Positions 48,701 to 62,000 are shown, counted from the stretch's first letter. The stretch: 64,000 nt of DNA from Dicyema japonicum (GCA_011109175.1 RDEW01000027.1:858511-922510), one strand, 5' to 3'. Numbers and translations are program-made. Notes: generated by a model not told the origin, from the letters alone.

Positions 48701-51700
48701 TTCTAAACAATATGAACAATATATTCTTAACTCGTTATTGTAGGCATGATTTTTGTAGTTTCCTTTTCAGTAACAATTGACGGAATTATTTTTCGTGTTG
48801 TTTGTGATTCTGTAATGTAAATTGGAATTTCTGTGGTAGAACCAAGAGTAGTTATCTCTTCTAAACATGATCAAGATTTATTATAACTCGTGATTGTTGG
48901 CATTACTGTTTTTGTCATTTTTTCTGTCACTTCAGTCGTTATTGGAATTATCTCTTCTGTTGCATGTTCGGTTTTATTTGTGTATTTCATTGTTGCTGTT
49001 ATTTTTATTTATTAATCTTACTTTCTTTAATCGTCGATATTAATTTTCTAATCGTTGATGTCATCCGTTCTGGACTTTATATTATTTACCATCACCTGTT
49101 GTCGTCGGCCTATGTTTTTCATCTTTCAACGTGCTCGGTACTTCTTTGCTATATTAATTACTTTTACCTATTTCATTTTTTCTTGTTGTCTGTACCTCTT
49201 TTTTCTCTAAATATTAATCCATGTTTTTACTTGGACAGCCAATTATATTAATTTTTGCCAAATTATTTGTAATTATTTTATTTGTCAATGGATTTATGAA
49301 CGTCATTTTTATTTTTTGTGTTTCGCTGTTAAGTCGCACGTCGAAATTTTCTGTGAACTCTTTCCGCTAAAATTTTCACGAATAACCATTACTTTTTCTT
49401 CGTTGTCTGTCTCTACAATAAGTTTCATTAGTTGCTCCGTCCTATTTACCTCACCATAAATTCTCTCCAATATCCATTCTTCGTTATTTAACAAGTCTAT
49501 CTTAATGCTTCCATTCTTGGTTATTCCGACATTTTCGTAATCCATGTCGCCAATCGGAGTTTTTCCAATCAATCCCAACAATTTTACTGCGTTCTCACAT
49601 ATTCCTTCAATATTACTTACTTTCAACCTTTTGGTCTCTGAGTCGTCATTGGCTGCGTCACGTGGGGTATTACTATATTTATTAGTTATATTTTACAAAT
49701 TTTTCCTCCACAGCCTATAACTTTCAGTTGATTCACAAATATGTCATTTTTGGTTATATTTTCGTTTATTGCATAGAACTCAAACTTTATGTCTCTCGCA
49801 GTGAAGTTGTGTTCTAGTATGAGCTCGAAATTCATGCTAAGGGAAATTATATTCTGCAAAATAGCTACAAAGTACAACCTTGAGAATATAGTAATTTGAA
49901 TCAGTATTTTTTTTGATTTTTACGATCACCCTGGCCGCGGAACTCATGTCAAATTTTATTGAAGTGATTATTGGTAAGTCATGTTCCCCAAAATATAGGT
50001 TCAAAAAGACGTTAGAATCAAAAGCACTGGGATTCCACGCGTCCTGACTAATTTTTGCCATTTCTGCGGTTTTTCCTATTCCGTTTGAGGAAGATGAAAT
50101 GATAAAGTAAGTTTCATTTAGTCTTGTTCCTCACAGACATTTTCAATTTTCTGCCCACAGTGGAATATTTTTAAGTTGTTTAGTTTTGCTTGATTTGAGG
50201 GATTTCCGTCTAACGTGAATAGTAATTTGAAATAATGATTTTTTCTGGCTGTTTCCGCAATATCGAATCTGAAAAAGTTGTTAGAAACAGTCGATTCCTG
50301 AATATTAATACTCGGGGTGAACCATTTGATGGATCCATTCTTTTTCATTTTCATTTTTAGCCATTTTCAGTATTACATTGTCAGCAGATATCACGGCAGC
50401 CTGTATCTTCGCAATACGAATGCTTGCGTAAGGAATAGTGAAGTAAATCGCAGTTTCGTTGTCCCGACTGTCAAAATTCCATAATTTTGAATCTGACAGA
50501 GAATTTTTGATAGTTTCATTATTGCTGGTACTCTGAATGTAAAATAGGTCAGTTTTGGTCAAATCTCTGTGGTTGCAGACTAAAATAATTTGTGCCAATT
50601 ATTACTTCCATAGCAGTTACTTTCGTCGGATCCATCACCGCAGTCATCGTGGCCATCGCACGTTGCAACATATTTGACACATCCTCCGTTGTTGCACACG
50701 AATCCTGTTTGGTTTGTGCAAATATGCGATCTGCAGTCGATTTCGTCATTTCCAGTAAGGCAGTTAACAACTCCATCACATCGAAGTTTGCTGTCGATGC
50801 ATTCTCCGTATCCACAATCGAATTGGTTTGGCTTGTTACAAATTTCTTGATTTTTAAAAATAAGATTACCGCAGTTATCCTCGTCTGTTCCGTCCATGCA
50901 GTCTGTTATTCCGTCGCATTTCATGGAAATGTCAATGACTCCGAGAAATATCGCAGCAGAAACTTCCATTTTTGCAGTTTGCGACTAAATTTAGGCCACA
51001 GTCAACTTCCACAGTTTTTTTCGTCTGATCCGTCAAGACAGTTAACTTTTCCGTCGCATTTATCCTTGAGTGGAAGACATTGTAGTCCGTTTGTGCACAT
51101 GAACTCTTTTTTAGAACATTTAACGCAGTTTTCGTCAATACATTCAAATTGTCCATTTTTGCAGTTGCTGGATTAATAAATTTGAAAAGGAATCAACCAT
51201 TTATGGCATCCTGTAATGATCTCTGAGCCAGATTCATAGTATTCTCCGTGAAGATGACAAGGACAGTGTTCATGTTCGACACATTTCCCATCAACTACAT
51301 ATAAATTCTAATAGTACCATCCTCATATAGACCATCAGGACAAAAACAGCCTTCGTGGCAGACCGTTTCGTTAACTGGGAGGAGATATTTAGAGGTTGAA
51401 TAATCACATTTCTTTATCAGTGAGTTACCACAGGATTGATATTTTTTCCCTTCTGGGCACATGTAAGCTGCAATAAAGACAGTTTCTTACGGCAAAACGA
51501 AGTTGATCTCCACAAAACCTGGACTCCGTTATTACTGCATGTTTGGGCAAATGCCCCTACTGCGGTACATAAACAAGCACAGTCTCCACCATAATCACAA
51601 CTGTAAAGGAAATTGAGAATAATTACTGGCAGTCGAGCAATGTAGTAGAATGTTTCCACCACATCCTCAGAAAGGACTGATCGACAAGGCTGAAACATAC

Positions 51701-54700
51701 TCCCTGAAGTTATTATCGAACATTTTTCACTGGCCCACTTGTATTTTTCCTAAAATAGTTATTAGAAGATAACCTTTAAAGTACATAATTTACTAATCGG
51801 GGGGCGGCTTTGATTAAAATTTGTAATGCATTCTAAACTTCCCACGCGCCAAGAATCTGCGAATTCGTGAGGTGAGCTAAGAGATGCTAGCCCGGGAGTT
51901 GTGAAATCGTTTAATTGATTGTCGTCGAAATCCCCACAAAGACCATGGACCTTTCCCATCCACTTTCGGCTGAGATAAGTGTAGATTGTCGTATATTTGT
52001 CCCACAATACTTCAAGACCGATTTTCTCAGCGATCACACGTGCATAAGACTGATGTTTGTAAATGATATGAATATTTTTCGCGTGATAGTCGTCACTGAG
52101 TTCTCTTCCGTTGATTATAAATTTAGAATTCTCTGAAAGTTGGATACGAGTATTCTCGATTACAATTTCTACAGATTTCGTGCACGTGATCCCTTAGAAT
52201 TAAAAAAATCGAAAACCTGAAGCTCCGCAGGCGAAGTTTTGCATATTTATGATAAAGGATGGATTTTCCCGTGATTTGACAAGCGTATATACTTGCATTG
52301 ACCTTCAAAAGAGAAGGCTTTTCCGTCAAAAGTCATGTAGTGGGGATCTCCATAGGCTACACATGTTCCTGCAAAAATGAGTCATTTAATGTGAACCCCT
52401 GCAATCTTCACTTTCTGAGTCCTTAGTCCATATTTTGTTCTCACACGTGCTAAATAATGTTAAATAGTCTTACAAGGCAGAACATTTTGAGCCTATTTTC
52501 TCCCCTGATTTGTAGAATTTATTTCCATGGAGACAGGGACATTGGTCGACCAAAACACAGTCATCCTAAAACTTAGTTGTAAATGAACCATTTGTGAGAG
52601 AACGTATCCTTCCGGACATCCACAACCATGGTAGACCATGTTTTTGCAGTCCTCCATATTATCCTGGCTTGAATCACAGCGCTTTTGACATCCTTTGATG
52701 ATCGTCTGTATTTGATTGCTTGGACATTTAAGAGGAGTGAGAGTTCTATCGCATTTTACCACTCCTCCAACACACGTGCTTTAAATTATGAAAAAACCAT
52801 CTTACCAATTCATACCTGCAGTTGAAAATTTGTCGTTAATTTTTGTATACAACATTTTTTTCAATACACGTGCAGCTTTGTTTGGGGACGCATGTTCCGT
52901 AAGCATCGAAAACCATTCCATCGCTGCATCTACATCCAGGGACACAGATAGATTTGCATTCTTCGTCATTATCTTCACTTTCGTGGCAATGAAGACCACA
53001 TGGAGATATGCAGTCGTGATAATCGCTGTTCTGAGGACATTTGATGCCTAAGTATGCGTTATAGACTGCTCATACCGCATTTTAGCCTGGTATTTGTCCA
53101 ATTCAAGTTGATTCCTTTCTTCGCGCATTCATACACATACGCCGATATGTGAATGCAAGCAATTTTAGATGGCTCAACTCCATTGGCAGCACAAATATCC
53201 TTTGTGCACATTTGATGGTACTCCTCCGGATTTACAGTCTCAAAGCACGTGGATAGACTTCCATGAGAGTTCCTAAGTAGGTTGCATTCTAATTCTGCTG
53301 AGCTCTAATATAGATAAATCGGTAAATCACTTCAGCTTGGCTTGTACATTCAAGGAGAACAGCACTCACAGTTTGGCACTGTTCTGTCTTACTAAGTGTG
53401 TATTCTTTAGCCAAAGAATTATAGTTGAATTTAATATTCCCACTTTTGGTTTGATACTCATTTTTTGAGTTGTAGTCGAATGTTCCACACATTCCCAGCG
53501 TCTGAAAAGTCAGTTTTTATTTTACTTTTCTGAGGTGCGAGTTACCTAGAATGAGGTAAACTCGTGATTGGAGGTCCCAGAGAATGTGAAAACCAAAGCG
53601 GGAGAGCATTATGAAGTTTGGCTCGATTTTTCTAATTCTGAAATAGTTCGTTTGTTGTGGAAAATGAGTCAGAGAAATGTTATTTATATTTATAATCGGT
53701 TTTCCGTTTTTTGAATGAACTGCGATTGAGATCGTGTTATGAAGATTCACAAGAATTCGTCTACTACAGACCTTATGGTCATTAAAGAGGCCAAATCTGT
53801 CCCCCACACTACACAAGGAATTGTCTACGGACACAGAGATGCCTTCGTCGTTCAACTAGAAATCATAAATTACACTTACATGGAGAAGCTCGTATATGCA
53901 CGGATTGCTGTACAAATGCTTAAAGTTTTCGAGATCAAATGTTAGATAATTCCCAATTCCAATGAGTTGACACTCTCCTGGACATTGAATATTTGGACAA
54001 TTCCAAAACCCTGACTTGCAGACACTGATTTAACTAAATTTCGAAATTTCTAACCATTCTTTGCAATTTTGTCTCAGAACCTCTCCGTTTTGGAAAACTT
54101 TTTGTCCGAAATGACAGGGACAGTCCTTCGGTTCAACACACTTTCCGGCCTCATAGAGTGTTCCATCGCGACACTGACATCCCGGAGTGCATTCGCTGTT
54201 ACATTTTTCATACATCCGGGGTAGTGAGGAACACGTGGCACATGAGTTTATGCACTCTGTATAAACCATATCCTCAGGGCATTTGATTGCTGTTTTAAAG
54301 AAATTAAATTAAAAAATATACGGCATATTTTCGATGTTCTCCAAAAAATGGAGAGTCCAACTTGCGCACAAATTGAGGAATACTCCTCCAATGTGCACAG
54401 AGGACAGCTGTGGCTTCCTCTTGTCCTAACGTTTCCTTGGCATGGCAGTACTCGTTTTTACATCTTTCATATATTCCCTTTGGATCGACCTATTTGTTAG
54501 TTGCTATGGAAACTCGTCTTGTACAGACGTCGAATGCTTTCGAATTGATTGTCCCACATTTTATTTCTGCTTCTCTCTTGTATTCCTCTCTTGAGCATTT
54601 TGGCATAATGGCATTCCCTTTGGGACACTGCGGAGTTAATTCAACTATTTTGCTACTTTTAAATATCCCTCCATGTAAGAATTTGCAAATTCTTCAACAT

Positions 54701-56082
54701 CTTCGTTGGTTACTTTTTCGTGAGTATTAAAATCGTCTGAAAAGTAAAAATTAAGTTTGACTTTGAATATTGCCGTCAAATGTTCCACAAAGTCCTTGAA
54801 TCCCTTTGTTTTGGAAAATATTATTGAATGTGACTTGGATAACTTTTGCATTCGTCTTCTCCCATTTCACTCGGATTCCGCGTTTGTTTACGTAATGAAT
54901 GTAATATTCGGATTGAGAGATTTCAAACACTGAAATTGAAATAGTCATCCTTACTTTTTCCGAAGTAAGTCGTGTTGGTGGGGATATTTTGGTCGTTGAC
55001 AATAATATCACTTCCAAAAGTGTATATTATGGGATCATTTTCAATAATAATACGGAGTTGCTTAAATAACTCAAATATCGACTTTTTTGCATTTCAGGCA
55101 ACTGTCACAATTCGTAGGACGGATGCTGATTGCGATGGAACTGGAAGGATTCGCAGCTAGGGTATGCCAGCATCTCGTGTAAAATGTGTATTCCCTTCCG
55201 TCAAACGTCCGGAAGTGGGAATAGGAGGATTCACACGTGGAAAACGGAAGAGCATAGTTGTTTTTTAAGGTCAAATCTAAAAACTCAAACATTTTCGTTT
55301 CATACAAGAGGTTGTATTTTGAACAGAGGCTTGATCTAATGGTTATTCGAAACCGAGTTACCAGACTTCTTTGATTGACAGGACACGCATGTATACCTTC
55401 CTGGAAATCCCCAGGAACCATTTTTGTTGGTCGAACAACAGTCATCGAAAGTCTTGATAGAATCAAAACTGTCAGATTCACTCCCGTCAATGTGTTTTTC
55501 TCCAAAGCATCGCCCATATTTGTAACAGTACTTTTTATCGACGGAGATTTCTGCAGTTTTACAGAATCTAAGAAAAAACTCGACAGAGAATCCTCACAAC
55601 GAAATCCAGCGAATCCCTGATCGCACTCACAGACATTTGGACCAACGCAGACTCCATTTCGGCATTTCGGGCTACAAATTGCTGAAATTTATTCCTAATT
55701 TTACGTTTATCACACAATTTGCCCGTGTACCCTTCACAACATGCCTGGATCTCCCTTATCCCATTCCTGTGATTAATCTAACTTCATACTTGGCATATTG
55801 GCAAATTTCTGGGCTTTTCTCTTGCATAAATTTCATCAGCTCATTTTTCGAATATTTTGCTGAATCTCCAGACAGGAGCCAATTGCCATACAGCATATCT
55901 ATGAAATTTCCGCATAGATCTGTCTTAGTTTCAGTGAAATGTTCTGTTTTGTTGCAGTATCTAAATGTGTTCGGAATATTAAACTTTGAAGTTTCTGCGG
56001 CATCAATTAAAAAATTTTGTTGGTAGACTAGCAGAAGCAATAGAATCCCAAACATTTGAGTCTTAAAGTCATAATTTGGCAT
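42766..56082 (-). CDS. Giant secreted SCO-spondin/hemolectin/gel-forming-mucin-like protein: SP-EMI-like-EGF-(VWD-C8-TIL)x3-LDLa x4-discoidin-like modules-PTS array-discoidin-like modules-CTCK
   Basis: Signal peptide [11 protein letters not shown]; [18 protein letters not shown] (EGF); [35 protein letters not shown] (VWD); CDGxxxCxDGSDE (LDLa); Thr-rich repeats; YSYCGGNC...CKCC...SCYCKTCM* (cystine knot). Dozens of micro-introns; not every junction was resolved. Confidence 0.86.
45209..48887 (-). repeat. Tandem array of ~22 x ~167-bp units, each a 138-nt exon plus a ~29-nt intron
   Basis: Exon encodes [46 protein letters not shown]; intron GTTAAGAATATATTGTTCATATTGTTTAG; 23 occurrences of the ATCTCTTCTAAAC junction counted by eye. 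Confidence 0.93.
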
Positions 56083-56727
56083 ATTAAGTGAGAAATTGCA
56101 GCATATGGGATAGAAAACATGTGGATAATTCGATTTGATTGATTGACTTTATAATCTCACTAATTTTCATTATCGAGCTTATTATTTGCTAAAAGTTTGT
56201 AATTTTTTAATTAAATTTTGATTTTAATTAACCCTTGGATGGCAGATATTAAACTCAAGACACACGAACAAAGGAATTTCTCAGAATTTATTCGGATATG
56301 GCAAATGGTATATTTTACTGGTTTGTGGTTTTTTAAATAAATTAATATCAAAAAGAGAAAAAGCAGAGCAACAGCTTGTTCTAAATTGAAATAATGCCAT
56401 ACAGATTAAGATTCTCATCAGATTGATATGATGGTTATCAATAACTATCAACTGACGGTGGTCGACACCAATCAAGCGCAATTCTAGTTCATCTTATCGG
56501 GTAATGCTTGCATGTTTAATCAATCGGCTGAGTCTAATTATACACAAATCAGAAAACACATCAAAAAACAACTAAATAGGAAACCAATTCACAAGCTACC
56601 AGATTTATTGGTCACGATAACCCCTATATTTTGCACATGGAGATATTGAATGAAATCTATCACACATTTGACTGAAAGCAAAATAAACCAAAGACTTTAT
56701 TAAGTAATTAGAAGTCCAAAATAGCGA

Positions 56728-57209
56728 CTATTTCTTAACCGCTTTAAGAATATCATTAAATTTCCAGTCGGTTAATTCGTTAATTTCGATACTAGGTATG
56801 TTTAAGCGAGACTTGACTTCTGTGTACGAGGCAGCCATCATCATTTTATTTCTTGTACTAGATTTTTCGTTGTTCCTTTAAGTAAATCAGCTTATAACCA
56901 TTTTACTAGAATAAGCTTGCCCACAATGTCCAAAACAACGTAGAAAGAGTCATCTTTGGAATAAATGAAGTCCAATAGACCATTGAACATGCACTCTGAT
57001 AGTTAGTCTCAATCAATACCATCGTCAGCGTTCTGATAATCTCTACCAGTATACTCAACGTCTATCTGTCCGTGAGAGTGACCGAAGACCAGAAAACGAT
57101 GGGGAACTTTCTTATTTTTCAATTCCATGAAACTGTTCATGACTTCATCGCTGACTGCAACTCCTGAGGAAAGGACCTACAAAGTAACACATTCAAATGA
57201 TCAAACCAT
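56728..57209 (-). CDS. CFL: ADF/cofilin actin-depolymerising factor, 3 micro-introns
   Basis: ATG, 30-nt intron, VLSSGVAVSDEVMNSFMELK...YVVLD...KLILVKW...RNKMMMAAS...*. Further introns of 24 and 23 nt. Confidence 0.87.
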
Positions 57210-59399
57210 TTTCAACTAAACAATTAGAGTTTTATGTCAATTTATTAAGGTTAGCCATTATAAAAAAATAAATATTAATAATTATTGCTAACTAAATATT
57301 GCTAAAAATATTTATAATTTTGTTTGTCACCGAAATATCAATTTAATTTTATCGAAAGTTCACCAAAAACTCGTGGTATTTAAACATTTTAAAGCAATAA
57401 ATATGTTGATTTTAACGATCAAAGTATTGATCATTCAGAAAAAAATTGAAAGCATCAATATTGACTTATTGACAGTTTAATTGGAAATTGGCGTCAAAAT
57501 TTTCACGTGAAAATTCCATTGATTTAACCTAAGGCTACATTATATGATTTGCTCTTGTTAATCGCCGATCATGTGAAGAAACCGTATTAGAAATTAAGTT
57601 ATTATCTTGAATGTCGGAGTTCGTGGTCCCAGTCCAGTTAAATTTGTTGAAACGATTGGGTATCTCTCATGGAGGGGACTCTAAGACTATACAATAGTAC
57701 TCCTAGTACATTAGACTCGTGAAAAGTAACTCTCAATCGGTACCCTTAGACAAGAACCGGTATGATTTCCATTGGTTTTCTAAAAATTGTGAATTAAATC
57801 TATTGAAGACATAATTCGTTTCTAAAGTTATATTCATTTATATTTGGAAATAAGAAAGTCAGACGTTAACGCTCTTAAGGGTCTCTTAATTTAGTGGTTA
57901 ACGTGGTGCCGATGACGTAGCTTTGCTGCACTATGACATAAGTACAGTCAATCTATTTATCTATTCAAGCTCATCTCATTCCCAATCTTAATAGACTCGT
58001 GAAACAGCATTAACCAGAAGTTTAGAAATCACGAAATATCGGATGCGTCAATGTCTGAATTCGAACCCTGTCTAGGCAATGTTTGAATCGGAGGAACTTG
58101 GATGAGAACCATCGGCCTTGAGGATGGAACTATTAGCCTATTCTCGAATATTCTTAATGATGGATGTCATTGATGCATAATTACCACATTATATTAAACC
58201 ATATCCTAGACCGCAACCACACACCTGCCGATAATCATACCTGAATATTCAATTTTATGAAGCACCTGCGCACCAAGAAATTATTTTATCTAAAAATATA
58301 ATAACAGGATAATCTAGTAAGTTCTAATTTATTGAAGAGCCACTAAAAATGATAATAATTCGGGAATTACACAAACAAATATCTATATATCATCCTATTC
58401 TAACCAAGTCTCCGTTAATTTTTAATCAACCTGTTTCAAGTGGCCAAGGTGACACGAAAAAGGATCATTTACTCTCTCCCACTCAATTGGAGGGGTTCCC
58501 GCAACTGCTAGGGATGATCGTCTTTTACCTTTATGCTGGTTCTGTATTGGCTTGTGTGACGTTGGAAAGACTCTGTGTCTGTGACAGTGGAAACAGGATA
58601 CACTTAATTGTCAACTTCCTTCTCTGTATCCGGGGTTAATAATAAGTCTCGGTAAATGCTACTAAGCACTTTCGGTTTTCTTGTTATATTAATCGATATG
58701 TCCTTGCCAAATGTGGCTGTCAGTTTTAATAGGCGGTAAGACATAATTAATTTCTCTCATGTTTTAATCCCATATATCATTTCAACAAGTCTGGTATTGA
58801 ATTTCTTTGTCAAGAAAAAAAATTAATTGTACGCATTGTTAGCATTTCAATCGATAAAATATGAAGGTTAAGAATTCTTGGCTGAACGCAGTGTCTGAAA
58901 ATATCGAATCTGACTATCATGGATTCGAATCCGAAACGTGGACTTTTCAGCGAAGGTCAATTCTCCTCAACCAAGAAAATATACATAAAATCTGCCAGAT
59001 GTTTCAAGAGATATAATCAATTCATAAAGTGGGTCTTAGTCTGACCATTGTCATGGTAACGTCAAAAACTCGAGACATTAAGGAGTCGTAGTCGTTGATT
59101 TGGATTCCTTCTCGTCTGTTAGAAAGATGGAAACCCGCTTCGTCTGTCTGTTTCTAAAGGCAAAAGAAAACCGATTGATTAAAAATTTCTCCTCCCCAAT
59201 CGGATTCCTCTGCAGGAATGAGCGTTGAATGGTGCAGTTGACTACGGTAACTGGGATAACCTAACTGTTTTACGTTTTTTTCTGTCTTTCTATCTCAGTG
59301 ATCCCGGGGGTACTAAACAAATAAATAAGGCTCCATTAAATTATTGTCAGAGACAACTTGAAACTATGTATCTCCCTTTCCGAAAACGTTTATCGACTC

Positions 59400-60640
59400 C
59401 TTGTCTTATACTACACCAAGTGGGATTCGTAAAGGCACAATTCGCTGCAAAGAAGCCAAGGACTTTTCGACCGGTTCATGTTCAGTGGATTGCAGTCGAG
59501 ACAACTGGAACGGCTAGTAGACAGTATTTTTTATTTTTTAAGAATCTGGGATTTCTGACTACACTTAGAAACCATGACACTCAGTGTCGCCTCCAATTCA
59601 TCTCGATAGCTATTGTGAGTGTCAATAGTCCCTGGATAACTAATTAACGCGATTTGTTATTGGCAACAGACGTAGAATTATATTAATCATTATCTCTCCC
59701 AATTTTGGCATATTTGAAGTCTTACAGTCTGGAGTTACTGAGAAGAAAGCATTCTACTACAGCTACAAACTACCGCCACCTAACGTTGCCGGAAGATCTC
59801 CCGATATTTCCCTCACCGAAAGCGAAGTGATACGAGGAATAAAGTCGTTTGCACCCAGCAGTAGCGGAGGTTTGGACGGACTGCACCCAAGCCATGTAAA
59901 GGATTTAATTTCAGAGGCTACTGCTGAGGCGGGTCGAGGTTTAGTCACGTCTATCACCGATCTGATCGCACGAATAATTAATGGAATCATTCCTACATAT
60001 ACAAGAGATCGTTTTTTTGCGAACATAAAGATGAACTGAACTGGTCAAGTTGCAAGCTGCCTGTGAGAACAGAGGGAATTTGGCTAAGGTCCCCGATGGA
60101 AGCTTCCTTACCTGCTAACCTCTCATCGCTTGCGAACAGTAGTCGCTTGAACTAAGGAATCCTACATAACGCAACTGGACTTACATTGGGAGCAACGTTC
60201 GACAGTGTTTGTATGTTGTGGGGGGAGACAGGTATGGAATTCGATATTGCTAGCCAGAAAAGTTGGGACTCAATAACAAGTACAAGGACGCTGGAAGATG
60301 TGAAGACAGGAGCCAACCAATGCCGATATGCATGTATCATGTCAGTCGCACATCGTAGAAATGGGGCCTGACTCGAAGCCCTACCAACAATTTTTGACGA
60401 GAATTGCATTGCGACTGGACCATTCACACAGCTGCCATTTTGGAAAGTGTCGACACTAAAGGCCTACATCTGCTGTCTTGCCGACGGAGCGCGAGACGTG
60501 CCCCACCCCACTCAGCTCTCAATGACTTTGTTCTCGTTTCCGGCTCAACTGGTGGCAACACACTTACACGGAGACGTAGGAGACAAGGCGGAGCACGGGA
60601 AAATCCGGAAGTATGAATGACTCTTATGACAAAACGTGCC
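59400..60640 (+). mobile_element. Tandem degenerate CRE fragments: a 3' end, then RT-proximal and C-terminal pieces of another copy
   Basis: IAVETTG...ISIAIV (59480-59630); SFAPSSSGGLDGLHPSHVKDL...EAGRGL (59840-59945); LHLLSCRRSA...HSALN (60460-60530). Confidence 0.72.
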
Positions 60641-61399
60641 TGTGATGGAAACTTCCGGGGTCATGGAAGAAATGACGGACGCCTTTCTCTTCAATACCGG
60701 ACGAATGATCGTTTCGAAGAGAACACTGCGAAGCACTGGTTTAGACAGATGCTCGGAATAGTAGTGAGGGAACGATCACGCAATCCTGGCCTCTTAGTTA
60801 AATGACTTAATTTCATAGTTTTTTCTTATTTTATTTTTCGTAATGAAAAAAGCTTATGCCATAACCTAAATACCTACAGAGCCACCACCATTGTGTGCTT
60901 TCAAGAAAAAGTCAAGAGCCGACTAAATGAGATACAGAACATTTGCCGAATCATCCTTCTATTAGAATCGGGATACTATGGGCAGGGGTTCGTCAATAAC
61001 AAGAGCTTTTGGAATTCAATAAAAAAATACTACTATGTGAACGACCGGATGTACATGTTACAATTTAAACAAGACATTATGACCAAAATGGTAATTAATG
61101 GCTATGCTCCAAAAAGTGTATAAGTTAGACTTCTACCATATTCTGACACACATGAGTGAAAAACATCTTTTCTTGTACATCGGATCTCCTATGCGTATGC
61201 TTCCTGGAGCCAATTCTTCCCTTGTATAATTCCTTGGAGATCGAAGCTAGTCAAAAAAGGGCTTTTAAAGTTACGGAGAGATGAACTTTTTTAAAGGTTC
61301 CCTCTCCAATGCTTTTGGAATTCCTAATCCGTTAGAACTGAGGACGTACCCGTGCGACTACGAACATCCAGCCATACGTATTTTCGTGGGCTCGAGGGA

Positions 61400-62000
61400 G
61401 GAACATCGTGCCTAGTTAAAGTCTCTATTGGAGCGTATCAGGATCACGTGAGTAGTTAGTTTGGTGTTACCTTGATCTTTGGAATTATTCAGTCATTCAT
61501 TGCATTATTGCTGGAGACTGACAAGCACAGGGTAATTCCTTGAATAAGATAGACTAATAAGGACGGCCTAAGCGGTGACATTGAATTGAATCCAAGACCT
61601 CTGATAATTGTGCAACTGAATATCAAGTCATGAACAAGATCATCGAAATAAAGAACTTAACAAAAAGACATGATAATGATACCTTACTTTACGAGAGTTA
61701 AACTCTAAAGTGAAAACATAACACCAAAGTACCCTGACTACTAGTTGATAGAGAAAGAGAACGCGGAGGTGGCTTACTATCATACTTAACGGAATCCCCA
61801 CAAGGGTATCACAAATTATGTTTACAGTCGTCTCCTAGATAATGGTAGCCTCGAACTCCTCTGACTCTCTCACGCTGGTATGCATATATCCCGCCTTCAA
61901 ACTCATGTCCCTTATCACCCTCAAAAACCCAATCATATGTGGAGATTTTTACGTGAAACATCCTCTTGACTCCATGGAAGTAATTTCCAATTGTTTGATG
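61400..62000 (+). mobile_element. LINE 5' region with 2A-like peptide relic and APE start
   Basis: LSGDIELNPRP at 61568-61600, directly followed by LIIVQLNIK and later DRERERGGGL. Confidence 0.65.

Noticed and set aside
45209-48887. CRISPR-like repeat array
   Set aside because: Whole units repeat with no unique spacers, there are no cas genes, the context is eukaryotic, and the units are coding exons plus introns.
48964-49251. Hydrophobic plus-strand ORF (95 aa)
   Set aside because: Antisense to the Lys/Thr-rich linker of the mucin-like gene.
56239-56700. Possible small plus-strand gene between the mucin-like gene and cofilin
   Set aside because: Could not join the frames with plausible micro-introns or recognise a family.
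12261-57209. Stop-codon reassignment to explain the short ORFs
   Set aside because: In-frame stops fall inside micro-introns, and TAA, TAG and TGA are each used as true terminators (roadblock; WDR74 and cofilin; INPP5E and VAC14).
17916-57230. Spliced-leader trans-splice acceptors upstream of start codons
   Set aside because: An AG acceptor close to the ATG is seen only for cofilin and TTC12, not consistently.
60893-61123. 76-aa ORF
   Set aside because: No recognisable motif, weak start, lies within transposon debris.
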